Positions 10,239-18,907 of a stretch of 64,000 nucleotides of DNA are shown here, one piece after another. The number at the start of each line of letters is the position of its first letter. Within the stretch, counting starts at the first letter, position 1. The DNA is from a virus (Duplodnaviria > Caudoviricetes). Made by a program: the position numbers and the translations under genes. The stretch covers positions 1-64,000 of IMG/VR virus record IMGVR_UViG_3300018405_000014, one strand, 5' to 3'. Below the pieces are notes generated by a model. The model did no database searches, had not been told where the DNA came from, and saw nothing but the letters and a program-made list of their open reading frames with translations.

Positions 10239-10595
10239 TTACCTGGAGTGGTTACTTTGACACTTGTCCTGATGACGGGCAATGTCCTGTTTCAAAAAGG
10301 CTTCCTCATTTTCAATGAAGGTCACCAGATCCTCCGTCAAGGTGAGAAGGACATCATTAAGCTGTTCGGTTGACAGCCTGGAGATGTCTATATCCGGAAC
10401 CACAGGCTTGTGGTGCCCTAGTCGTATGGTGCGTTCGAACTTGTGGCAATCGCTCTCATCATCGACAATTTGCTGCAGACCAAAGGCCTGATTATTGGTG
10501 ATGTTGTACTGGACTACTGAGCAGGAGCCGAGGCTGACCACTAACCAGAATAAACCTACGAAACGGCCACCTCGAGATGTATGAGTATTTGACAT
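10239..10595 (-). CDS. lipoprotein, candidate o-spanin
   Basis: Signal peptide RFVGLFWLVVS followed by lipobox LGSC; directly downstream of a single-TM coiled-coil gene. Confidence 0.5.
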   Translation of the reverse strand: MSNTHTSRGGRFVGLFWLVVSLGSCSVVQYNITNNQAFGLQQIVDDESDCHKFERTIRLGHHKPVVPDIDISRLSTEQLNDVLLTLTEDLVTFIENEEAFLKQDIARHQDKCQSNHSR

Positions 10596-10603
10596 GAATT
10601 AAC

Positions 10604-11077
10604 CTATTGACGGAGTCGTTTCCATCTCTCGACTAAGTCCGTAGAAGGACCGCGAGTCGTGACGGGTCTATCGGTAGTGGTAGGAGTTGGAGGGGGGTTA
10701 ATCGGCTTTCCTGGGGTGTGCTTAGGCTTAGGTGGTGGTTTCGGGTCAGCGGCGTGTGAGGCGGCCGCTACGGCCTCGAGATAGCGAGACTTATATAGCG
10801 TTACCTGCTCACGAAGTAGAGGTACCTCGGTGTCATAGGCGAGTCTCAAACGTGAATTTTCAAATTGGTATTGTGAAATCTGCGCTTCTTGGTCTTTGAC
10901 GATCATGTAGACGTGAACAAAGAACACGGACATGATTACAAAGCCCATCGACATCACGATAAGCGACAAGTTCTCATGGATGAACTGTCGAAACGTACGG
11001 TCGCGCAGCCACATCTCCCTGATGAACAAGAACAGGGCCTTTGCCAATTTGAATAGCGTGGCTATGGGCATGGACAT
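10604..11077 (-). CDS. inner-membrane protein, candidate i-spanin
   Basis: Start MSMPIA at 11077; one TM helix LSLIVMSMGFVIMSVFFVHVYMIV, then a coiled coil and a Pro-rich tail. Confidence 0.5.
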   Translation of the reverse strand: MSMPIATLFKLAKALFLFIREMWLRDRTFRQFIHENLSLIVMSMGFVIMSVFFVHVYMIVKDQEAQISQYQFENSRLRLAYDTEVPLLREQVTLYKSRYLEAVAAASHAADPKPPPKPKHTPGKPINPPPTPTTTDRPVTTRGPSTDLVERWKRLRQ

Positions 11078-11129
11078 ATTCCAAGAGGTTCTTGTCGAAT
11101 AGTGACAAGGGTCGTATGATCCGTTAAGA

Positions 11130-12747
11130 AGTGAGTTATGTGGGTTGATGCGCGTAGCGGTAACCGTCATTGTGCTGTAACCGACTGACGTGACGTTGAC
11201 GGGTGGTGATTTTACCAACGTCAGTTGTAATGACAAATTGGCCACTACTTCTTACAGCTACACGTCCTACATACGCACCGATATATTTACCTCTGGGTAC
11301 TTTGGCTTCGACTATATCGCCGGTCCGGTATCCGCAGACCATAGAAGGACCTTTAGCTAAGGTTCTAGGGAAACCATACTGATCTACCCGACACATCTGT
11401 CTCGAACCATGTCCCAATGCTTTTGCAGTCAACGGTCTCATCCCCTTCGGAATGTATACAATGTCACAGGCACCACCCAGTACCGCTGCATCGATAAAGT
11501 GATCCTTTGGATACCCTTGACGATGACGGTTGTATTTCGTCATGTAGCTTGGACGTTCTACCGAGAGCAGTCCGATTTCACGGACTTCTTGGATCAACCG
11601 TTTAGCTGTGCTGTTGACGGCTGCTGCATCTCTGAGAGGTGGTTTCTTACCTTGGGCAACTCGGCGACAGCCTTTGCGTCTCGCTGCACTGAGCACATCC
11701 CCTTTGCCCTTGAGGGACCATTCCCACTGGACAGGAGTGCGATTGCCCTTGTCGCGGTTACAGGTATGGCAGGACAGGGTCAGGTTGGTGATCGAGTTCG
11801 ATCCACCTTGAGCCTTGGGAGTGACATGTTCAGTCTCCAGACGTTTATCCTTGGAGATACCCGAACAATACTGACAGATGTAGTTGTACCGATAGAGTAG
11901 GTACTCACGGATCTTGTAGCCTTGCAGTGTACCTTGCTGATACCCTTTGCCTTTGATCGACCCGTTGAGCATCTTCTGGGTGTCAAAGGACACATGTTCG
12001 ATCTCGATCTTGGAGACAGGACTCGCTAGACAGAGTCGTTTCACCCAGGTCAGAGTCGTCAGCACCCGGTGCATTAGACTGGGTGGGAGCCATCCGGCGG
12101 GTCGAGTTCGGTTGAGGAATCGGGGTTTACGGTAACGCGTCTTACGATTACGACGGTTACGTCGGCAGGTAGCACGACTGACCAGATTCTTCTTGATTGT
12201 GATACCGCGGTGCTCCAGATGGACACCCATGATACAACGTTCGCCGCGTTTACCTTTGACAGTGACTGCGATCCCGGTGGTCTTGCTGCCCGGATCGATC
12301 TTGATTGCCGTAGGTTGAGGGATGGAGCCCACCGGGTCTTTTAAGATAATGGTAAAAGGGAAGCGTCGAAATACCGCTGCTTTACCTTTACCTAGAAGTT
12401 CTCTAGCTCTAGCCGGATGACAGGGCATGAGCGCTCGGCGTCTCGTGTCAAGGACGAGAACATAGTTAGTAGGTGTTACCTTCATTAGGGTTTCCCCTTA
12501 GTCTATCCGATCTAAGTCGGTGTAACGTGAGCCTCGACGATGTTATCCCAAGGTTTTGTATCCTGACTGCACTAACCCTGCCTCACAGGCTTGTTTAACA
12601 GCTCGGCGTAGAGTCCGGGACTGGCTCGGCCATCCCGGAGTACCTATGTATTCTTGGGTAACGTAGGTTCTATTACAAACCTGGGTCTGGTCAACTAAAC
12701 CTCTATACCAGCAGATTATCTTCGGTTAAAAGGATGGGGCGGTTGAC
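11130..12747 (-). mobile_element. non-autonomous IS200/IS605-family IscB element (no tnpA; right end uncertain)
   Basis: omega RNA plus iscB inserted in an intergenic region between divergent phage genes; no Y1 transposase in the window. Confidence 0.65.
11136..12485 (-). CDS. iscB: IscB RNA-guided endonuclease (IS200/IS605 OMEGA; RRXRR + HNH)
   Basis: N-terminal PLMP-like ALMPCHPARAR, RuvC-I IDPGSKTTG, Arg-rich bridge helix RRNRRNRKTRYRKPRFLNR, GWLPPSL, RuvC-II EHVSFD, HNH CQYC..EHVTPKAQGGSNSITNLTLSCHTCNRDK, RuvC-III HFIDAA. Confidence 0.95.
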   Translation of the reverse strand: MKVTPTNYVLVLDTRRRALMPCHPARARELLGKGKAAVFRRFPFTIILKDPVGSIPQPTAIKIDPGSKTTGIAVTVKGKRGERCIMGVHLEHRGITIKKNLVSRATCRRNRRNRKTRYRKPRFLNRTRPAGWLPPSLMHRVLTTLTWVKRLCLASPVSKIEIEHVSFDTQKMLNGSIKGKGYQQGTLQGYKIREYLLYRYNYICQYCSGISKDKRLETEHVTPKAQGGSNSITNLTLSCHTCNRDKGNRTPVQWEWSLKGKGDVLSAARRKGCRRVAQGKKPPLRDAAAVNSTAKRLIQEVREIGLLSVERPSYMTKYNRHRQGYPKDHFIDAAVLGGACDIVYIPKGMRPLTAKALGHGSRQMCRVDQYGFPRTLAKGPSMVCGYRTGDIVEAKVPRGKYIGAYVGRVAVRSSGQFVITTDVGKITTRQRHVSRLQHNDGYRYAHQPT

Positions 12748-12763
12748 ATCATTTCTTGGAATC
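12490..12763 (-). ncRNA. omega RNA (HEARO-type) of IscB; scaffold from 12747, putative guide 12763-12748
   Basis: Minus strand reads GTCAAC...GTTGACCAGAC..CTACGTTA..ATAGGTACTCCGGGATG..CCAGTCCCGGACTCTACG..TTAAACA..AAAACC..AACATCGTCGAGG, the hallmark HEARO/omega blocks, directly upstream of iscB. Confidence 0.85.
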
Positions 12764-12770
12764 ATATGAT
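12761..12770. promoter_or_regulatory. palindromic ATCATATGAT: candidate back-to-back late (TATG) promoters
   Basis: TATG on both strands between the divergent omega RNA and the 12822 gene; TATG at the start site is the known phiKZ late-promoter motif. Confidence 0.45.
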
Positions 12771-12821
12771 CGTTTGTCTTAATCGACCTTCATAAATTAC
12801 GCCCTTGGGCGGGAGATTAAC

Positions 12822-14177
12822 ATGTATAAGCTAAAGGCATTCAGTGTCATTTCGGCCTTGATCGACAACACGCGGGCTCAAGTGGCTCCGGTGGGTGAAC
12901 TCTCCCCCATGGCGTTGACCTATGCCCGTGAGAAGGAATACCTCAACACAGCAGCTGCTGCTGGTCACATGCTGGTGGTTTTCTCTAGCACCCAGGACGG
13001 CGTGAACCAGCAGGTCGACCCGGTACTCGCCGGTAAACTGCTACTGATCAACAAATGGGCATACGAGCAAGCGCTTGCTGGCACTTTCACACCTAGCACT
13101 GAATCCTTCCGCACGGCTTTCATTCGTCAGTTCGGTACCCAGTACAGTCTCTGGTCTATTGGGGCCATGGTTGAGGCCGGTCGGAACATCTGGCTGCCTG
13201 GTGTCATCGAGGTCCGTGACCAGGCAGATGATACCAAGCAATATAAGCTTTGGTACGCCACTGAGGTCTTTGAGCAGCAGTTCGACGAATACGAGATCAA
13301 GATCGTCCCACCTGTAGAAGACCTCGATGTGTTCTTCCTAGGTCGCGCGGCGGTACAGACTGCTCTGACAGACATGACTCACGACATTGTAGTCGAGAAG
13401 ATCATGGCAGCCAAGGAGGGTTATCCTGAGACCTACCTGCAAGGTGAGATGTTCGAATGGTTCGATCCTGTAGCACCGTTGGATGTCAGTCGTCGTATTA
13501 AGACCTACTGGTCAGTCATCATTCACGGCATCGCCGGTCGTAACATCGATGTGATCAAGGAAGCTATTCGCGACTACATCCTCAGTCATAGCGACCACAC
13601 CAAAGACGAATGGGCTAAACTCTTCCCGGAGATCTTCACCTCCACGGAGTTCGTCTTCGTTCCGCTCTGGGGCAACTACTCGATCACCAACCGTGAACTG
13701 GAATCGGGCCTTTACAGCTCGGTGACCAATGCACTGGCAGGTATCGCACAGCTTAAGCAACTGGTCAAAGGTGAGGGTTATACTCCCGAGTACCTTGAAA
13801 CCAATGCTGAAGTCTTTGGAGCGGCGTTCAAAGCTGTCACTGTGATGGTCGCCGGCGGTCCGCACAACCGCGACGGTATCCGGTCGTTTGTTCAGCGTTA
13901 CACCGATTACATCAACATTGACACCACGAACACAGACTTCGGGCGGATGTCGCCTGAAACCCGCCGGTTCGTGCTGGCGTTGATTGAACTACTTGCTGTC
14001 GCCGAGGAAATGACTCCGGATTCGGCTGTGCCTGTCAAGTTCACTCGACTGATTCGAGATGGTGTCTTGTACGTAGCGTACAACCTCGACCGGTTCCAAC
14101 TGATCGTGGCCAGTAAGTATTCGTATAATGACGCCACTGTAACAAATGGTAGCGACGATGGCGAACCTCAATTCTGA
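12822..14177 (+). CDS. phiKZ-like virion structural protein
   Basis: 451-aa ORF, GGGAGA SD; MYKLKAF N-terminus typical of the jumbo-phage conserved family as recalled. Confidence 0.6.
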   Translation: MYKLKAFSVISALIDNTRAQVAPVGELSPMALTYAREKEYLNTAAAAGHMLVVFSSTQDGVNQQVDPVLAGKLLLINKWAYEQALAGTFTPSTESFRTAFIRQFGTQYSLWSIGAMVEAGRNIWLPGVIEVRDQADDTKQYKLWYATEVFEQQFDEYEIKIVPPVEDLDVFFLGRAAVQTALTDMTHDIVVEKIMAAKEGYPETYLQGEMFEWFDPVAPLDVSRRIKTYWSVIIHGIAGRNIDVIKEAIRDYILSHSDHTKDEWAKLFPEIFTSTEFVFVPLWGNYSITNRELESGLYSSVTNALAGIAQLKQLVKGEGYTPEYLETNAEVFGAAFKAVTVMVAGGPHNRDGIRSFVQRYTDYINIDTTNTDFGRMSPETRRFVLALIELLAVAEEMTPDSAVPVKFTRLIRDGVLYVAYNLDRFQLIVASKYSYNDATVTNGSDDGEPQF

Positions 14178-14198
14178 CTAGAGTTTGTGAGAATTAAA

Positions 14199-14263
14199 AT
14201 GCATCCATTATTGATGGCGGCGGCAGAATGGGCTGGCGCCCTGTCTTAGAACTGGTGGAATAA
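14199..14263 (+). pseudogene. collapsed gene remnant: leader MHPLLMAAA joined out of frame to C-terminal GWRPVLELVE*
   Basis: ATG at 14199 gives MHPLLMAAAE; the frame from 14231 gives GWRPVLELVE-stop, matching the C-terminus GWRPVLELID of the 18908-19552 protein; a terminator follows. Confidence 0.6.
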
Positions 14264-14273
14264 GGAAAGTCGA

Positions 14274-14308
14274 CATAAGGGGAGGGGCAGCTGCCCCTCC
14301 CTGTTATG
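14274..14308. terminator. bidirectional hairpin
   Basis: CATA-AGG-GGAGGGGCAGCTGCCCCTCC-CTGT-TATG; identical stem to 1-29. Confidence 0.7.
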
Positions 14309-14321
14309 TGGTTTCGCGGTG

Positions 14322-14696
14322 TTACCAGTCTGGTGTGAGCGGTAGGCCGTCAGTGCGAGGACACCCAAGACGATCGAGTACCTCATCTTTACTGACTGAT
14401 AGGTATTTGCCTTGGCCGTGTTGCAGCATCTCCAGCACCGTAGTCTCACCTACGTCTTCAACCAGTTCAGCGATCGACATGAGGTACGTCTTACCGTCGT
14501 CTTGGCTTTGTGCAGTAAACAACCCGTACTTCTTCCATGTGTCCAAGTCAGGCTCTAAAGAACGACTGCAGTTTAGCTTGTAACTGAGCTCGTACAGCAA
14601 CGGCAGGTCCCGTCCGGGCCACGACCACTTACCGGGACCGGTACCTGTGGTTGCAGCGCCGATATAGAAACGTGCCGTGGTGGCAATCAGGTTCAT
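14322..14696 (-). CDS. hypothetical protein
   Basis: GAGGAGG SD; 124-aa ORF after sbcC. Confidence 0.7.
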   Translation of the reverse strand: MNLIATTARFYIGAATTGTGPGKWSWPGRDLPLLYELSYKLNCSRSLEPDLDTWKKYGLFTAQSQDDGKTYLMSIAELVEDVGETTVLEMLQHGQGKYLSVSKDEVLDRLGCPRTDGLPLTPDW

Positions 14697-14705
14697 GGTA
14701 CCTCC

Positions 14706-17174
14706 TCAGGTGATGGTTACATGCTCGTTGTACTCACGCTTCAGTGAGACATGGCTGTCATCAATGACTGCGATCTGACTGGCAGGGTAACTGTTCTGGC
14801 TCTCGAACGAGTGACTGATGAAGAAGATCTGTGAGTACGTCTCATCACCCATCAAATCCTTCAATGCCAGAGTCAGGTTCAGACGATGGACTTCGTCAAA
14901 GGTCCGACCCAATTCATCGAGATAGAGCGGATACCCGTCCAGTTCCATGAACTTGTAAACCACCAACCGGAAAGCCTGATTGACAATGTCCTTCTGACTG
15001 TCCGAGCCAAAGCGGATATCGTCAACGGTATTGTCAGCATTGTGTACGTACATCGGGAACTTGTAATCCAGCTCCCCTTCAGCCAGGTCGCAGACATCCA
15101 GTGCAAGGTTGTAGCCCCACACCTTGGCGATTACGTCATTGATGCTCTCGATGAAGGTGTTGATGAAGACCAGGATCTGCTCAGCGATGATCCCGTCGCG
15201 AGGCGACAGCACCTTCTCCAGCATGATCAAGGCTTTCTCTTCCACGCGGGCGTCTTCGAGCGAACGGTTAAGGTCGGTGACAATCCCCATCTGCACTTCA
15301 GCTTCAGCCAGAGACTGCTCCAACATGCCGAGTTGCACCTGATGCTTCTTGACCTGAGCTTCGACTTCTTCGACTGCGATAAAGCGGGTCATCTGAGTCA
15401 TCAAGTCATCCAGGCGCAGCATGCTGTATTCAACAGCCTTACTGATCTCACGGGCCTCCGCCATTCGCTGAGAGAAACTCTCCACTTCCTTCAGGGTCTG
15501 TCTGGCATCGATCAAATGGCCTTTAAGATCCACCACACGCTCGCTGAGCGACTGGGCAACGTCACGCAAGCCACTGGACTGGTCCAGCTGTTTAAGCGCA
15601 CTGAGGCGCTCTACAAGTGGCACAATCTCATGATCCAACTCAATCATGGCCAGATGGGCTTTAACGTCACTCACAAAGTCAGTGCACAATGGGATCAATG
15701 CCCGCCCTCGTCCAAAGCCACCTGCATCATTGATCAGACTGAACAGTTCAGCCAAGTTGGGATTGCGATCACGCAGCCCGTACAGTTGATGGATGACATC
15801 ACCTGCTTGTTGTGCTTCTCCGAGCCACGCCTTGACCTCATCGATCTTGGCAGACATGTTCTGTCGGAACGAGTATCCTTTGGCCAGTAGCTGACTGATC
15901 TCCTCCTCTTCACTTCCTGAGACCCCTTCCTTGAACTGATGATTGCAGTTGGGGCAGGAAACCGTGGAGCAATTACGGATGTGATTGAGTCGGTACTCCA
16001 GTTCACTGATCCTGGACGATCCGGAGACCAGCTTCTGCTGGAGTTCATTAAGTTCCTGCTGCTTGCGAAAGATATTGGCCCGATCAATCAAACTATCATC
16101 GGTGACCGAGACGCCATGCAAGGTTTCAATGACTTCTTGAATGGCTGCAAAGCAATACCCATGGTTGGGTAGGTTGTCTGGGTTGGCTGTAGTCTTAAAC
16201 TGGACCTTGAGCAGTTCTTTACGTGTGGTCAATTCTGCGATACGGGCATGGAGTTCAGCAGGATCGATCGCTTCCAGCTCTCCAATGTCGTGCAATTGCT
16301 TGTCAATTTCCTGATGACGACTGGAAACTTCATGAAGCGCTGCGTCAAGCATCTGTACACGGCTACGCAAGGCCTCCTTAAGCTCTGTGACGGCCTCTTC
16401 GTCCGTATCCTTGACCGACAGTGGCACTTCACCTTTAAGGTACTTGGCGCGCTGTAGGAGAGCTTCCAGATCAGACAGCAGATTATGGTACTCTCGACCA
16501 TAGGCATCGAAGTTATCAGCCAGACCTTCACGCTTGGAATGCTGGTGCAGTCGGATCAGTTTGTCACAGATCTCCTGAGACTGGCGCCGCAAGGTGTTGA
16601 ATGTCTCATCGTCAATCTTCTTGGCGATCTCATTGACAAGGCGACCCGACAGGTGCTTGATAACTGCACCCGTGTCACGCACTGCACGTTTGATCTTACC
16701 GTGCAGTTTGATGACGTATTCAAAGTCAGCCGAGGACAACAGAGTGATCCACTCGCGTCGCTGGACAGCACTCATGTCAGTAAAGTTCAGCTGGCCAGTC
16801 AGGACCTGATGCAGCTCATTGGTCATGCCAAAGTGTTCACGCACCAGTTCACGTTGAACAGCGCCAGTATGGCCTTCATTGAGTTCCTCACCGTCACAGA
16901 TGAAACTGTGCAGAGGGGCTTTCCCGGAGAAGTCATTCTTCAGCTCGTACACTTTGCCGTTGTGCATCACGTGAACCAGCTTATAGCCGCCCTTCATGAA
17001 GTCACGAGCATCGGCAGGCAGAACGGTGAAGCCAACCTTAAGTAGACTGGACTTACCGGAACCGTTGGTACCTAGGATGATCTGGGTCTTTAAGGTCGGG
17101 TTGATTTCCAGGGTTTCAATTTCACGTAGATAGAAACGCTTGCAGCGATGCAAGATCAGCTTTGTGATAAACAT
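14706..17174 (-). CDS. sbcC: SbcC/Rad50-like SMC ATPase (phiKZ gp165-like)
   Basis: Walker A GTNGSGKS, long coiled coils, central CPNC zinc hook, signature GSDSQ, Walker B LYLDE, H-loop ISH; start MFITK at 17174. Confidence 0.9.
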   Translation of the reverse strand: MFITKLILHRCKRFYLREIETLEINPTLKTQIILGTNGSGKSSLLKVGFTVLPADARDFMKGGYKLVHVMHNGKVYELKNDFSGKAPLHSFICDGEELNEGHTGAVQRELVREHFGMTNELHQVLTGQLNFTDMSAVQRREWITLLSSADFEYVIKLHGKIKRAVRDTGAVIKHLSGRLVNEIAKKIDDETFNTLRRQSQEICDKLIRLHQHSKREGLADNFDAYGREYHNLLSDLEALLQRAKYLKGEVPLSVKDTDEEAVTELKEALRSRVQMLDAALHEVSSRHQEIDKQLHDIGELEAIDPAELHARIAELTTRKELLKVQFKTTANPDNLPNHGYCFAAIQEVIETLHGVSVTDDSLIDRANIFRKQQELNELQQKLVSGSSRISELEYRLNHIRNCSTVSCPNCNHQFKEGVSGSEEEEISQLLAKGYSFRQNMSAKIDEVKAWLGEAQQAGDVIHQLYGLRDRNPNLAELFSLINDAGGFGRGRALIPLCTDFVSDVKAHLAMIELDHEIVPLVERLSALKQLDQSSGLRDVAQSLSERVVDLKGHLIDARQTLKEVESFSQRMAEAREISKAVEYSMLRLDDLMTQMTRFIAVEEVEAQVKKHQVQLGMLEQSLAEAEVQMGIVTDLNRSLEDARVEEKALIMLEKVLSPRDGIIAEQILVFINTFIESINDVIAKVWGYNLALDVCDLAEGELDYKFPMYVHNADNTVDDIRFGSDSQKDIVNQAFRLVVYKFMELDGYPLYLDELGRTFDEVHRLNLTLALKDLMGDETYSQIFFISHSFESQNSYPASQIAVIDDSHVSLKREYNEHVTIT

Positions 17175-17237
17175 ATTGGCATTGCTCCCCAATTCTGTAG
17201 AATAAGTCGTTTATGTTTTCGTTTAATGAGGTGGGTA

Positions 17238-18034
17238 TGTTTGACAACACCGTCAGTATGTTTCGCTGTGTGGCCATTGGCACTGCGGCTGAAAACAAGA
17301 AGTTAAAATCCCACGAATTGCTGGTATCGCCCCATGAGAAGATGCCCTTCATGGATGGGGAGATTGTCGATAAAGTCGACGAAATGGAGTACGAGGTCAA
17401 AGACAGTTCGGGTAATGTCCAAGCAGGTACCGCATTTGTAGCCACTGACCTACCTGCTATCTGGCTCCCTGACAGTAACCGCCTCACCCCTCCCGATATC
17501 CAGCGCGGCGAGATGGTCGAGCTATGGCAGATGGCGGGCAACGACCAGTACTACTGGCGATCCATGGCCAAGGATGAAAAGCTGCGTCGCTTGGAGACCG
17601 TGGTCATTGGGATCTCGGGCAATGCCGACCCCGATGCCGATGGACGCATTCCAGAGAACATGTACTTCATCGAGATCAGCAGTCACGCCAAGACCATTAC
17701 ACTCTCCACCAGTCAAAAGAATGGGGAGTTCTGCACCTATGACTTCCAGTTCGACATGGGTAATGGTCGAGTGGTGCTTCAAGATAACGTAGGTAATAGC
17801 TGCTTGTTTGACTCCAAGAATATTCACTACAAGGTACTGAACCAACTCGGTACGTTCTTTGAGATGAACAAGCAAGACATAAATGCCTACGCACCGAGGA
17901 ACATCGCTTTTACGGCCGATCAGAATGTCGATGTGAAAGCGAAGAAGATCACGCTCAATGGTGGTGGGAGCGTGTTCATATTACAATCTAGCGGGACTAC
18001 CCTTAAGACACCGAACTTCAAAGGGGTATCGTAA
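17238..18034 (+). CDS. baseplate central spike (gp5/gpV-like; phiKZ gp164-like)
   Basis: OB-like N-terminus (WLP...P.IQRGE.V) and beta-strand repeats; immediately upstream of a PAAR gene; GAGGTGG SD before 17238. Confidence 0.75.
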
Positions 18035-18297
18035 TGGGTATTGTATCTCTGGTCGGGGTGGACAGTGCTGGTGCCGTTATTACCGGTCCGGGTGCATCGA
18101 ACTGGACATGGAATGGGTCACCCATCTCGTTAGTGGGTGACGCAGTGGCAGGACATGGCAAAGATGCTCACGCGGGTCCTGTGATTGCTTCAGGCAGTCC
18201 CTGGATGACCATCGATGGTGTCCCTGTGACACGGGTCGGTAGTGTGGCCACTTGCGGTCACGGGGCAACTGGTTCCAGTGACATGGATATCCCATGA
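18034..18297 (+). CDS. PAAR-like spike tip protein
   Basis: NGSPISLVGDAVAGHG..H, DGVPVTRVGSVATCGH repeats with His/Cys metal ligands. Confidence 0.85.
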   Translation: MGIVSLVGVDSAGAVITGPGASNWTWNGSPISLVGDAVAGHGKDAHAGPVIASGSPWMTIDGVPVTRVGSVATCGHGATGSSDMDIP

Positions 18298-18303
18298 GGC
18301 GGA

Positions 18304-18334
18304 CATAGGGGAGGGCATGAGCCCTCCCCTTATG
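18304..18334. terminator. bidirectional hairpin
   Basis: CATA-GGGGAGGGC/GCCCTCCCC-TTATG between convergent genes. Confidence 0.7.
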
Positions 18335-18337
18335 CTG

Positions 18338-18895
18338 TCAGACAAGACTGGCCAGGAACCGTTCTAGGTTGTTACCAAGACCACTGACGATGAATGTCAG
18401 CTTGTTGGTCTCAGGGTGCCACGCTGCAATGAACATCTCATCGCGAGTATGATCGGTACCGTACACCAGAAACTGACCATCCTCGGTGGTGGCGAATGGA
18501 ACCACCCCAGCCAGGGTTTCGCCGCGCGCCATCGTTTTCTGCATGGCCACGTAGACCGCCAGGACGTTCGTGGGTGACTTGGGAATGCAGTCGAGCATTC
18601 GGCCGAACTTCATTTCTGGAGAAGTCTTAGTGGCAGGGATCTTGCGACGTTTGGTAGGTCTGGATCGACCGTGCATCGATAACACACCGACCAACTCATA
18701 AGGCAGTTTGAGGTTACCTACCTTGGAGCCGATCTGGACCGCCTTTTGCAAATCGATGAGTACTTGAACGTCATAACCTGGTGCGTTATATTCCCAATCC
18801 AACTCGGCAAGTTCGATGGCCACTTCGGCTGGAAACCGAAGTGGACTAGTTACTCGGATGCTTTCCATGGCTGTTACAAGGACTTTATTTTTCAT
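18338..18895 (-). CDS. putative head-packaged protein with SMI1/KNR4 (SUKH)-like C-terminus
   Basis: N-terminal AMES protease motif; VVPFATTEDGQFLVY...WHPET...NNLERFLASL resembles the SUKH C-terminal pattern. Confidence 0.45.
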   Translation of the reverse strand: MKNKVLVTAMESIRVTSPLRFPAEVAIELAELDWEYNAPGYDVQVLIDLQKAVQIGSKVGNLKLPYELVGVLSMHGRSRPTKRRKIPATKTSPEMKFGRMLDCIPKSPTNVLAVYVAMQKTMARGETLAGVVPFATTEDGQFLVYGTDHTRDEMFIAAWHPETNKLTFIVSGLGNNLERFLASLV

Positions 18896-18907
18896 GAGTG
18901 TTTCTCG

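Noticed and set aside
11078-11245. N-terminal extension of ORF 10604..11245 overlapping iscB
   Set aside because: It runs through the iscB 3' end and the intergenic DNA; the plausible start is MSMPIA at 11077.
11136-12485. Cas9/CRISPR system or simple HNH homing endonuclease
   Set aside because: Only 449 aa, with a PLMP-like N-terminus, no REC lobe, no cas1/cas2 or array, and an omega RNA upstream: this is IscB.
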